A stretch of 64,000 nt of DNA from Carcharhinus longimanus (lineage: Eukaryota). The stretch covers positions 142,079,363 through 142,143,362 of the forward strand of contig JASCQW010000001.1 in NCBI GenBank assembly GCA_030264375.1, written 5' to 3'. Each line of letters opens with the position of its first letter. Within the stretch, counting starts at the first letter, position 1. Positions 22,491 to 35,395 of the stretch are shown here, in pieces. The notes below the pieces were generated by a model, which did no database searches, was not told the origin of the DNA, and saw nothing but the letters and a program-made list of their open reading frames with translations. The position numbers and the translations under genes are program-made.

Positions 22491-23791
22491 TTAATTATCC
22501 TGTCTTAATTATAATCTTGCAAAGGTAGGTTACTGCCACTCACAGACCAGCTGGTTAGAGTCTTTGACAGGCGAAGGTTGATTGCAACCTCTGACAGTCC
22601 ATTGTAATCTTTGGCAGGTAACCACTAGTGAATTCAGTCTGCTCCTTATGTGTACAGTCTCCAATAGCCAGTTACAATTGCTGACAGTTAATCAAGCTCT
22701 TGGAATACCAGTTCCAGCCAATGATAATAAGTATGTTATAACTTACAGCAAGTTTCCTGTAGCCAATTACAATCTCTGTTAGCACTTGCAGCACTGATAG
22801 TCTGGCATCATGCTTGAATTTGGCAGAATGCACAATGACCAATGCATGATTACCTTGCATAATTACAGCAAGCCTCTCTTGCCTCAGTCATTTTCAATAA
22901 ATGTTAGTGGCTGAAAAATAGTTTTTAATCAAGCAGCTGCTTTTTTTCTAATGAGTGATGTAAATTCTTATTGGTCAAAATGCATTTCAACAAAGTATAA
23001 AATCAGAGTCTGTGAGACTAGACAACTTCCATGGTGTCTATGTATATGAGAGTTGGTGTTTATTATGAGTATAATCGTAAGCTCCATTTTTCAGGGGTTA
23101 CTGCCATCTCTAATTTATGTAAAGTTGATAAGTTGATCCTCTTCCCATTGCGGAACCTGACAGGTCATGGGATCAGTAAACATCTGATCTGGCAACTGGA
23201 CAGAGGCCCTTCAAATCCCGTCTTCATATTTTTGCTAACCAAATATGTTTGTGTTCCAGATTCAGCAGTGTTTTATTTATTGGCTGAATCCTAAAATAAT
23301 GCAGCAGTATAGTCTGTCAACTATATTTCGACTATCTTATTATAAAATAACCATAGTCTGTTACATTTAATTCCTTAAGATGCTTATTTGTCCAGAGAGT
23401 ATTTAGTAATAGATGTTGAAGGATGAGTTCCAGCTGTGGTAGGATTCAGTGTACACGAAGCAAGATGATGGCTACAGTTATACATGTCTTGGCTGTATAG
23501 TTTCTTTACGTATTATGTCATCAATTTCCCACTCTAAACTAGGCATCTCTACAAATAGCAAAAAGCCAAAACCAGGACAGTCTGTCTTGTGGTAGATACC
23601 CAATTTTATTTTGTTTGTTCAGTATGATTGCAGCAAAAAAAGTTTTTCTTTTAAAAGTGTTAGGTGACATTAGCTAGAAGAAAGTACTAAACAAGAAAAG
23701 GGTCAAAGAAATTGACACATCTAGTATACTATTCCTCCGTATTATACAGTACACTCTGCTGCGGACTCAACCTCATCTACTGTAAATGAAG

Positions 23792-24286
23792 AGCAAAAGA
23801 ACAAAGAAAATTACAGCACAGGAGCAAACCCTTCAGCCCTCCAAGTCTGCACCGACCACACTACCCTACTGAACTAAAATCCCCTACCCTTCCAGGGATC
23901 ATACCCCTCCATTCCCATCCTATTCATATATTTGTCGAGATGTCCCTTAAAAGTCACTATCGTATCTGCTTCCATTACCTCCCCCGCAGCGAGTTTCAGA
24001 CACCCATCACCCTCTGTGTAAAAAAAAAATTTGTTTCATACATCTCCTTTAAACCTTGCCCCTCGTGCATTAAACCTAAGCCCCCTAGTAATTGAGTGTT
24101 CCACCCTGGGGAAAAAGCTTCTGATCACCCACTCTGTCCATACCCCTCATAATCTTGTAGACTTCTATCAGGTCACCCCTCAACCTTCATCGTTCCAGTG
24201 AGAACAAACCAAGTTTCTCCAACCTCCTCTCATAGCGAATGCCCTCCATACCAGGCAACATCCAGGTAAATCTTTTCTGTACCCTG
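23792..24286 (-). mobile_element. CR1/HER1-like LINE 3' portion with a probable 7-bp target-site duplication
   Basis: The - strand translation RVQKRFTWMLPGMEGIRYERRLEKLGLFSLER is typical CR1 ORF2. It has an (aagaaca)n tail, and aatgaag flanks both ends (23785-23791 and 24287-24293). Confidence 0.9.
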
Positions 24287-24499
24287 AATGAAGTTTTATA
24301 GAATGTCTCCCTGTTCTCCCAAAGATAACAGGGTAAAATTCCATTTGATGTCCCGCTATTTACTGCTGGTTGACTGCACTCCACAGCCAATACATCTCCT
24401 GGCCCCCGCAGCACAGGAAGCAGCAAATCTAATTCATTCAGGTCCTGTTCGGATGTACTACACCTCCTCTGCAAATGCACATGAGCTACCTCACCATAT

Positions 24500-24558
24500 G
24501 TAACATAAGAACATAAGAAATAGGAGCAGGAGTAGGCCATCTAGCCCTTCGAGCCTAC
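24500..24558 (-). mobile_element. CR1 3' tip
   Basis: acataagaacataagaaataggagcaggagtaggccatctagcccttcgagcct, identical over about 50 bp to 50695-50745. Confidence 0.8.
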
Positions 24559-25046
24559 TGTGTATACAATGCAGCTTTCGTGTATTTAAAACCTTATCTT
24601 CTCTATTTAATTTTCACAATTGTCAATGCTTTTTTATCTTGCAGTTCACAATAATTTCATTTCTCACATATTGTTTAGACAGTTGTTTCAACTAGAATAA
24701 CATGCTGATACTTCGGAGTGAGAAACAAGGCTTTGCAAATGCAATTTGTCTTTGAGACTATCTGAAGGGAGTACATCAGACATCGTGCATTGCTAAGAAA
24801 TCACAGATATATGCTTGTTTGACAAAAAGTTGAACATAGGCCAGAATGTTAGGAAGTTAATTATTCTGAGTTTTAAAATTAAAACGTATTGTTATCTTTA
24901 GAAGCTTTGTGCAATAAGGAGGTTGACAATAACATGTGAATTCTGCTTCCCAAGTTTTGTGAGAAAGCTTTGCACATTACAGATTTTTTCCCAAATTTTA
25001 CATTAGAAGAGCACAGCTTTCTTTTTCTTCAGTGCATTGAAGACAT

Positions 25047-25186
25047 GGGGCGAGATTCTCCATCTCATCCGTACCCACCTCACTGCCAGCGAGTATGGAG
25101 AATTTGACATTCAAGCAAAGTTCCGTTCAGCCAAAACTCCATTCACTGGAGTGAATCCCAGCAGATGGGGTTGGAGATTTTCAGCT
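25047..25186. mobile_element. Harbinger-type MITE
   Basis: Ends ggggcgagattctcc ... ggagattttcagc. Shares the ctccattcactg / cagtgaatggag motif with 13514-13650. Confidence 0.55.
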
Positions 25187-27777
25187 GTAAGGTTTTCCTG
25201 CAGATGTTAGAACGTAGGCCTGGCTAGACTTGCAAACCATGTCGTTGTTAATTTTCAAATAGGATAGAAAAGGTATTTTGCTCAGTTTTGCGTAATTTCC
25301 TGCCCGTGCACATGCATTATTTTTAAAGGCTTGAATTTATCCAGTACTTTCTCCATTAATAGTGCATTAAAATTCAGAAAAACAGTGATTTATCAGTAGT
25401 CATCCAATATTTTAATGCTATATTAATGTAGAAAAAACCTTAACTACACTTCAGGGACCCACAATTAAAGTATTGCACCAATTCATCATTGAAAGTAACA
25501 AAAAATAATGAATCCTTCATAGTTTGCAATGTACTAATTATGTTGCAGGCCTGAATCTTTGAAATATGCAACTTTTGAGGAGGTGTTGAGTTAAAGACAA
25601 GCTGATATTCATGCACAGGTTATTAAAAGAAATTTCATTTAGAGCTTGCTCGGACTCTGATATTATTGCATATTTGAGATTATTTCTGTAACTTATGTGA
25701 GAATTGACTGCCAACTTTAGCCCGAAAACTGAAGCAGTTATTGCTGCTGGAAGTGTGTTCAGCTGTGCTTGTTTAAGAGACGGTGCTAACTGGAGTGTTG
25801 AGTTCCAGTCCGGCATTGCTGGGATCAGATCGGTCGTATATGTTGATTGATATCATTATCTGCCTATTCTGCACATCTCGAACAGATGACCCATGCACAT
25901 AAACTAACACCAAAATTCCACCCAAGGGAGCTCACACTAGATATCTGTGCACGTGCCACAGACACCATTTTGAAGTCAGCACCAAAAAGAAAACAGGTGC
26001 TCAGGAGTCTAATTTTGCAGCCAAAGCTTTTGGGAAACTATAATTTAGAACCTAATTATCTAGATTATTTTTATTAAAAGTGATCTTTTAGCTGTAATTG
26101 TGATATTTTATCTTTTAAACCTAGCAACAAAAATCTCTCCAGTGACATTTAATCCCAGGTGGCTATATATAACTAGTAGCTGGAATTTCTGACATTGCAT
26201 AGATGTTCGGCGCTACTATTTTTTTAGTTTGACTGACTTGTTTAAACTCCACAGGGAATTTCAGTAAATCCTTTTTTTTTCATTTATTTTTAAAGTGAAG
26301 TTAAATATAATGCCAGACTTACCATGTTTGTGTCCAGGGAATTTAAACTCTGTCATCAGGGCTGCAGGATGACTCAGTTTAACTTGCACACACTGTGGAA
26401 ATGGGATGAATATTTTGACCTGGACGTCCTTGGAACTAGAAAATAGAGAGAGCCTTATCATCCCCGTTCCCCTCTCACCCTTGTATCTTACTCAGTTGTG
26501 GGGGTGGGAATTGGCCAGGAATCTGACTCAGATCCCGTATTTGCCAGGATTTCACCCAATTTTTTGTGGTCCTTTAAATTCCACCAGGCATCAAGCTTGT
26601 CTGTCCTCCCTACATCGAGAGGATGTGACTGGGTTAGATTACTGGGATTGTCACCACTCATGTTCACTGCAACCTTCTGCATTACTCACCTAGAGCTCTT
26701 AGGAAAAAAGCCCTGAACTGTTCTTTCATGTGTTGCTGGGCCTCAACCTGCTGCTGGATGGTTCTACTCCACCTTCCTTCCTTTGTGGCAGGCTGTGCTG
26801 ATGCACCAGCCCTAGCTATACAAAATCCTCTAGGATTTGCGACAGGCGTTCCTACCCATTACTTTGGGAGGGTGGGAATTCCACTCTGTTGCATTTGTGC
26901 CACTGGATCAGATTCCCAGGAATTTAAGTGTTCTTTTATTGTTTGGCTTTAAGGGTCTGTATATAGTAAAATGCGAGATGTGGCTAGTTCTGGCAGATGT
27001 AATTTCAAAGCACAAGCCTTACAGGGAAGCTGCTCAAGCAATAATTCGTTATTTTCAACCTGTAATTTTGTGAGGCCAAAAGAAGCAAGAGTGTCCCTCT
27101 GAGGCCCTCAAATATCCCCCAGCCTGTGTGATATCCCCCAGTCTCTTTCAGAGAAGAAAGAAGCAGCATCAAGATATTAAGACATGCAATTCTTTTTTAA
27201 AAAACCAGGGAGAAGTGAGTAAAGCTTCAGAAAAAGTGTGATCCAAATGAATTGTTTTAGAGAAACAAATAAACTAAAAGGTGAAGATCTACCATTAACT
27301 CGGTTTTATTTGTTAGCTTGTAGAGTACTGAAAGGTATTAGTTTCTAGAAAGACATGGTGAAATATTTCCTGAAGTATCAGTATGAAGATAGGAGTGTGA
27401 GGATAGTGTACCACCTCCTCTTGGCAGAACATTGTATGAAGTTCTAGAAACAAGCTGTAAAGTCATTAAAAGGTAAACCATCACATGGAAACATTTTCGC
27501 ATTAGCAAAAAGCTATCTCGAACAATATTTATACAATAGAAGATTTCTATTTACTGCAGGAAATAAGCACACTCATTATTTACATTTCCATCATGCAACA
27601 AACAGGAAACTGTCCATTAAAACATCTGTTGATAATGAACAGCTGTTATTGCATTTGTAAACTTATATTGATAATTAACACACTGCACAGATTAGATTAC
27701 TTTTGAATATCAGCAGCTTGGAATGCAAGTTTCATTTGTCTCATATCGATCTTATCCATCTTTGTTGACTGTATTAA

Positions 27778-28290
27778 GCGGACGGCAGGGTAACACAGTG
27801 ATTAGTTGTGCGGCCTTACACCCGGGTTCGATTCCCAGCTTGGATCACTGTCTGTGTGGAGTCTGCATGTTCTCACCAAGTCTGCATGAGTTTCCTTCAG
27901 GTGCTCCGGTTTTCTCCCAGAGTCTGAAAGACATGTTGGTTAGGTGCATTGACCATGCTAAATTCTCCCTCCACAATAGGGAAATTTCACAGTAATTTCA
28001 TTGAGTAATTAATGTAAACTTTATTNNNNNNNNNNNNNNNNNNNNNNNNNNNNNNNNNNNNNNNNNNNNNNNNNNNNNNNNNNNNNNNNNNNNNNNNNNN
28101 NNNNNNNNNNNNNNNNNNNNNNNNNTAATTAATTTAAACTTTATTTGTGAGTAATAAATAAACTTCTCTTTAACTACTCCATGCACCCAAACAGGCGCCA
28201 GAGTATGGCAACTAGGGGATTTTCACAGTAACTTCATTGCAGTATTAATGTAAGCCTACTTGTGACACCAGTAAGTAAACTAAAACTTTA
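27778..28290 (+). mobile_element. HE1-headed SINE with two tandem type-B tails, spanning a 100-N gap
   Basis: Head cccgggttcgattcccagcttggatcactgtctgtgtggag. The first tail ends near 28165, and a second tail (aaacaggcgccagagtatggcaactaggggattttcacagtaacttcattgc...) runs 28186-28290. Confidence 0.8.
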
Positions 28291-29294
28291 AATAATAGGG
28301 AACTCATGTCAGACTCGTGCCTAATATTGAACTCATGTTAGGTCATTAATTTCACCCATATTGTCACAATAGTTTTAGCCTGGTATATTGGTAAACCGGT
28401 ATAGGAGGAGCATTAGAATTAGGTTTTCAGAGGAAAAAATTATAGATGTTGCATAATTTGTGCTGAATTTAAGCTGTCTGTATAAATTTCTCCACTTCCC
28501 TGATTTATGACTGAAGATCCTACCAATTGGGGAAAATAGGTAAAATTTCTTTCAACTTGGTTCAAATTTTCCCTCCTGATTCAGCTGCGTAGAGTTGGGA
28601 AAGTTCTCAACCCCCGAAGCTGACTTGAGAGAAACTTCCCCAAATAGCCAGATTTTTGCTCAGGGGATGAGGGGTGGGTGGGTGGGAGGGAGGTGGAAGG
28701 TGAGGGCGGGTGCGTGGTGAATGCTGGAGTTGGGCTCATAATGCCTCTGGAAACAACGTGGAGGAAGCCATAGGTGCTGCTGACTGCGAGTGTAGACTGG
28801 TTAGTAGGCTTACCATAGTGCTTTAGGGCTTTGTCCTGAAATTGTAATGAAAATTCTACGTCCCTATAGCAATCACTGCATCCACACCTACCACCCACAC
28901 ACTTCCATCCATGCCACCTAATGCCCTTCTACCCAGTCATATGGGTCTTTTAGCCCCCGTGCCAATTTAGCGCATGGAATTACAGTGGAAGACTAGAGTA
29001 ACTTCAGTTTCAGGGTTTTTTAGTCCATGTTTATGTTATCCAAAGAGGTTTCTTTTCCTGAAAAGCACTTTTTTGTAATTGACTTTGATCACGTTCAGGA
29101 ACCAGAGTTGTAAATATTTCCAAATATCAGGCATCATTTTATATCACATATTGTTGGCCTGATTTTCATCTAAAGGTATATGCCAGTTCTGAGTTGGTTT
29201 GCACTGATTTGAAAGCTCCTTTGCATTGCTGGTATAAGTAATACTCAATGTTCTGTTATAAGCTCATTTGCATTATCATTCACATCTCCAGATC

Positions 29295-29472
29295 CAGTCC
29301 AAAGATGTGCAGGTTAGGCGGATTGGCCATGTTAAATTGCCCCTTAGTGTCAGGGGGACTAGCTAGGGTAAATGCGTGGAATTATGTGAATAGGACCTGG
29401 GTAGGATTATGTTCGGTGCATACTTGATGGGCCGAATGGCCTCCTTCTTCACTGTAGCACTCTATGATTCTA
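29295..29472 (+). mobile_element. 5'-truncated HE1-like SINE (CR1-type tail)
   Basis: cagtccaaagatgtgcaggttaggcggattggccatgttaaattgccccttagtgtc...gatgggccgaatggcctccttcttcactgtag. Confidence 0.85.
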
Positions 29473-30149
29473 TTTTATGATGCAAACTTATTTGCGTTTA
29501 GAAATGACACCACTGTGACAATGGGAAAATTAAGTGTTTATCAAAAGCAATGGTAGTGTCATAAATTAAATGGAGGTGCTTAAAAATTCAGAAAGTTTTT
29601 GGGGAGCATTAAACATAGCTGTTTTTACTAAACCTGGAAGAGGAGGGGATTGGTGCACCACAAGCTACAAAGCAGGTAAGAAACTCAGATGAATCTTCAG
29701 ACCGGTGACAGCACTGAACTACAAGCTGCGTTATCATGGTTTAAGATCGAGATGTGAAACTGAAATCAACAAAGCAAATAATTTGTAGGTTTGAATAGAA
29801 TTGCAAGATTGTCCAAAAATAGTAGGCTTAACATCCTCCATGGAAAGGATCTACCATAGCTAGCTCGTTTGGTTTGCATGTAATACCAGTACTATACTTT
29901 CTGATAGCTGTTGAGACTTGAAGTGGCAAGTCAAAAACAAAACAGAATAATAAGAGAAATGTTAGGCAGATCTCTGCAATGACTTAGGAATTGGATCCCA
30001 ATCCCATTTGGTGACCGTTTAAATACCTTGTTAGAAGATTGAGTCCACTTATTTATCTTCTCAGATTCAGAAGCTTCAGTCACTCCCACAAGTCATCTGA
30101 GCATCTCACTGTGATGAATGTAAACTGATTATATACAAAGTGCCATCCA

Positions 30150-30345
30150 CAACCTCAGTGCTCTCCAACCAATGAGTGCTTTGGAACAGTAGACTCTGTT
30201 ATAATGGAGGAAATGCAGTGGCAAATTTTACCCAAAAATATCCCACAAACTGCAATGAGATAGTGATCACATCATCTGTTTGAAATGGTGTTGGTTGAGT
30301 GATAAATAATGTTTAAGGCATAGTGAGGAGAACAATCCCTTCCAC
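30150..30345 (-). mobile_element. Deu-domain SINE (SacSINE1/AmnSINE1-like) relic
   Basis: Reverse-complement homology to 41570-41720 (cccacaaactgcaatgagatagtgatcacatcatctgttt...ggttgagtgataaata). Confidence 0.65.
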
Positions 30346-30791
30346 CCTTTTGTTATTCACTGTAGCACCACCAAATCCTTTGCAACACTTTGCTTTTAGT
30401 GTATAATCAATTTAGTTGTTTACAGTGGTGTCATTCCTAGATGCAAACGAGTTTCGTTGTGAGTGATTATGCGACTGTGAAGGCCAAATAACTTAGTACT
30501 GTATCTTTGAGAAGCCTTTCCACTCTGGCTCTTGAACCTGATCAAAGTCAATAACAAAAAAGAAAAATGAATTTATTTGAAATCCCGTAGGAATACTAAG
30601 AAACAATTGAAGTGCCCAATCTCACCATTTTCACAGATGGTTTCCTCTTGGAAGAAGATGAATGGATACTCCACATTTTTCATATTTTGGTGGTGTTTTT
30701 CTTCATCAAAACTTTCAAGTTACTTTGTATTCCATGCACCTGGGGAGGGAGGGAAATAGGCCAATTGAACAAAATTTGCAAAATAGAGTCT

Positions 30792-30908
30792 ATGGGTGGG
30801 ATTTTACGGCCTTGCTCATCCTGTAAGCTGCCCAAGGTTACACTTTCCATGGTCCACCCCTTGCCCACTATGATTAAAATGGCAGGCAGGAATGGTAAAA
30901 TTCCAGCC
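30792..30908. mobile_element. Short Harbinger-type MITE
   Basis: TIR-like ends gggtgggattttacggccttgc / gcaggaatggtaaaattccagcc. Confidence 0.6.
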
Positions 30909-33900
30909 AGTGTGTTTGGGTTCTGAGGAAACATTGAACTTGAGGGAGCACATTCAAGGCACGCATCTTTGATCTTCTATTTCAGTTTTGTACACAAGAC
31001 TAAATCTTTGTTTTACTTTCTTCCTTTGAACATGAGAGTCATTGTTCCTCATTTTTTCTTGAAAATACTTTGACCATTTCCTTATATTTGTACTCAGTCA
31101 AATGTAAGACAGTGCCATTCTTTCCACAATACTTTGGTTGAAAGTGTCTCGTGGAAGCAAAACCATTTCCTGTGTTTTAAATTCAGCTGTCTAATCAGGC
31201 TACCAAGGAGGAATGTTGAAAGCTCTTTCTGATATATTATTCATTACTATGCAACCCAAGGATTGCATTAGCATTTACCCCCTTGTTTACACAAGGACTT
31301 TAACTGCTTGTTTTGAATTCATTCAGCTGAATTTTAAATAAGAGCAACTGGAATGGGAAGGCACACTGATAAAGTGTGAGATGTGTGTACCAGCTTTTTA
31401 TTGTTCATTCTTGATTAATACTATAAATCTAAGCCTCTAACCTTAATATCCCAAAGAATTGCTCCTCATTGTTTCACAATCAAATCTCAAAAAACTGTCC
31501 ATTTGACAGCATTTTCCTACAAATACATCTTGTTTTAAGATTAAGGAAAACATTGGAAATGTTTTTGTAGTGCTTCATGATATGAGTGTTTAGACTAAGA
31601 CTACTAAAATGGCAGATATGTGGATCAGATTATAAACAAATTAAAATTGAAACGTGATGTATATGATTCATATTAAAAGCCTAAAAGATATGCAGCTTTC
31701 TTGCTGGACTCTTTTGGGTTTGACTTAGACCAGGAGGTTCAGAAGCCACATACCAAAGCTTTCCAAAGACCTAGGACAGAGCATGTGCCACAAAGCTCTC
31801 CCCCTGCCCCCTCCTCCCATTACTCAGCCTCCATGGGAGAAAGCTGTACTGATTTCATTAAATTTGGCACACTAATACTGTCAGTACACAGACCTCATCC
31901 AACCACACAGATCCATTCATTCATCATTTGATCATAGCATCAAAACTGGCTTTGTTACGTGGCAACGCAGTCACATCAGTAAACATCATATAAGTCCAAC
32001 TGATTGCTTGTCATTTCAAGTAATAAACCAAAGAAATGTGTTTAACCACCACATTATTTAAAAGAGAATTTATTTTCCTTAGGAACTGTTTAACCTTCAC
32101 ATAGTTGTGGTGATAGTTGTGGTAGATTGGTGTAGCACAATGTTACCAAATAACTTTTTCAGAACCACAAGTCTTAGCAGTAGCTTGCTTAAAGGCATTT
32201 TTTCCAGCATGATGAATTAGAGAGCAATGGAATCTATTTGTGCTTCAGTTGCTCCCATAGTAGAAATTTGCCAAGTGACCTTTTCACTTCTGTTTGGTGG
32301 GATTATCCCACCTCATCATAGCTTTCCCCTGTTTTCTGTAAAAACAAGATACAGGGTTGGCTTTTCAACCTTGAGGCAGGCAGCGAAAGTTGGAAAGATT
32401 CCTTCAGGAGGAAGTGTCCGCAAGGATGGGATTTTCATTGTGGGGGTGGGGTGAGGCAAGGTGTGCCAGTCAAGGGGAAAGCTCAGAGTCAGCTACAGGG
32501 ACTGCCAGGTATGGAGGTGAGTTGTTTAAAAGGCCCGCCGTATCAGTATGGGACTGTCTCAGTTTATAATAGAGAGATAAGAGTCCTCCAGCCCTCACTT
32601 CCCAGATACTCCTCATGCCCCCACCCACTCCTATGCTCATCTACCTACTAAACATTGCATAGAACCAATGAGCCCTATCGTGATAACATGATGTACAAAA
32701 AAGTTTCTAAAAATAAGTCATTCATTGATAACTGGCTGAGAGTCCAGAATTTATTGGCCTGTTGAAATACCTGAACTATAGCGAAAACATTGCTTAATTA
32801 ACAACTTTTGTCCTCTGATCTATACTGTCAATTGCACAATGTTTACTGACACAAGATAGAGATTTCGAGTGCTTGCAGTTTCTGCAGTTTATGTTAAAAG
32901 GTGTATATGATTGTCACTTTTATTAGTCTGTAGTTAAAAGTTTTGAAAAATAAATTTTTTATCACATCCTACTGTCATTATATGGTTCATTGATTCTATG
33001 TAGTATATAGTGGGTGCATGGTCATGAAAGTGCCATAGCTTAGCATGGGGGTCATGAGGGACTATAGGGGTTGTTAGGAGCAGCAGACCTTTGCATGGGA
33101 CACATGCTGGGCCATAGGCATTGTTTGGGATAGTATACATTGCTGTGGGGGCATGATAGGTGTCATACCGAGCATGGGAGTCATGAGAGGTCATAAAGAT
33201 TGTTTGGGATGCATACTTTGGCCTGGGCACGTAAGGAGGACCTTTTGAACTTACTTCTTGAAGTGTTCCCTTGTAAAGACTGTTATTCACAACGCTTCTG
33301 AGGTGAAGTGACCTATAACTCTCTGAAAGCTGTCCCAACACCACAAAAATGCCCATAGTGGAACCAGCCACATCGGAGAACAAGATGCAGACTCTCAATG
33401 TGAGCCACACCATATCCTCAAAGGCCACTCATGAAAAGTGAAAACCATGGGAATGGGGGCAGGAATCCTGGAAGCTGGAACCACTCACCATTTTTAAGGG
33501 GCTCCCAAGTCATCCCTGTTTGGCAACACTCTATCCTATGGTATGAATTCTAATCTTGGTGACATCTACAGGGAAGTGGGCAACAAATGGAGATCAAAAT
33601 ATCATGACATTGTCTTCCTGGAGCCATAAGAACAAGGAGTGGAGGCATACTGTAAGGATGATTTTGACCTTGCCCACAAGGTGGAAACCAAATAGATGGG
33701 CAGTTAAAATCTATTCGACTTTCCCACTGAAGGACTATTTTTTTCCACAGCTTTCCATTTTAACCTTTTAGCAGGCAGGATATACAGTGGTTCCCTTTTT
33801 AAATATACAAGTCAGGCCTAGAGCGTTAATCCAGGCCCCACAAAAATTTTCTACCACTTACCTTTGTCTGAAGTAGAGTGAATGCACCTCTGAGGAAATT

Positions 33901-35009
33901 CTTAGCCTTAGTTTCTTTAATATTGTAAAATGTTCATTAAAAATAAATCAGTTATGATCAGGCACTTTTTAATAATGGAGGAAATAATCATTAATATTGT
34001 CATGTTCATACTGCAGTGCAAGGCCTTGATGTGCTAATTTGGTTTCCAGTTCTCTAGGAGATTTGCTAGATTTTGAGCAGTCCAAATTTAAGCCCCTTTC
34101 AGCTTTGTTGTGCAGTTTGTTTGCACCCATACTCACATTAAAAATGCAATGCTCAGATGGGACCATATGTTATCTCCAGACACTGACAGATATAGGGGAT
34201 TACACTAGGTTAGATGAATACCTTTGTGTGGTTATTGCAAATGGTCAGTGCACAGCAGGTGCTAGCAATGACAAACAGATGGCTGCTTCAAATGAACTGA
34301 CCATTTTTTTAGTGTGGAAATGAGCCAGAGGAGCCACCTGCTTCAATTAGTAAAATTATTGCTATTCAAATTAGCTACAGGTGGGATGTGAAGAGTTGAC
34401 ATTTTAAATCCCATTGTAAAATTAATTTCTGCAGAACAGATCAGTGAGGGCAATGTTCAGCCTTGGGGTTAACTATGTTAAATTGCAGAATACAATGAAA
34501 TTAATTACTCTTTGTCTCCAAAAAAGATAGCTAAGCATGCTTAACACCAATTTGATCTCCTTCTAAAAACAAGTGGGCCAGGTACAGCACATTTGCCACA
34601 TTGATGGGAAACGTTGTATTATATAAAATTTCAAATTGTGCCATTAATGGAACATCAGCCCTTACCCTGCCTGGCTAGATTGTTGAGTTGGATGTTCATC
34701 TCAGTGTTGCTGTGGACTTTGCTGTGCGGAGGTTGACTTAGCAATATACCTGTACTCTAAAACATTAATGATGTGAAATATTTTGCAAAGGTGATTAGCA
34801 ATTATATAAATGCAAGAGCTCTTTTTCTAATCTCTCCATAGCAGATGGGATGCTGTGATATCACAGGAGAAGCCTTTTCTCTTTGTAAAATTACATATTT
34901 ATGGATTTTGTTCCATCTTCGACAGAACAAAAATTGAAAAAGAATGACATTGAAATGGTATGCCTTAAAACAGACCTAACTTGCACACATTTAAAGACAG
35001 GCATTTTTA

Positions 35010-35395
35010 TAGTTCCAGGAAAACTGGATTGAAGATTGATGGGAGTTACGATTCATCTGCTGCCAATAAGGCTCCTGTTTGAAATGTATTTGGGGAGTCA
35101 AAATCCAGTTCCTACTGTACGTGGGCTCTCAGTTCAAAAATGTTCCTGGTACAGTACTGATTGCCACAAGAGAGGTGACAGGATGACTAATAAGGGAAAC
35201 TCAGTAAGTTGTCAGTCTTGCATTAGAAGTTACTGTTGTGAACTTGGGGCTGAGGTGCAATGTCTGGATAGAGTGTGCTATACTCTACATCTGGTTCACC
35301 AGTAATGTTTGATGGTGCCACACCCTGCCTGAACTATGAAGAATACTATATTCCAGCATAAATGTTCTTCCCATAGATAAGTATTTTTTTTCATT
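35010..35395 (+). mobile_element. LF-SINE-like relic
   Basis: 35055-35125 (tctgctgccaataaggctcctgtttgaaatgtatttggggagtcaaaatccagttcctactg) resembles my recollection of the LF-SINE body. Not database-verified. Confidence 0.5.

Noticed and set aside
32934-33428. 164-aa ORF on the minus strand
   Set aside because: Its His/Pro-rich low-complexity translation comes from catg/ggggcatg-rich repeat-internal sequence, with no recognisable domain or splice context.
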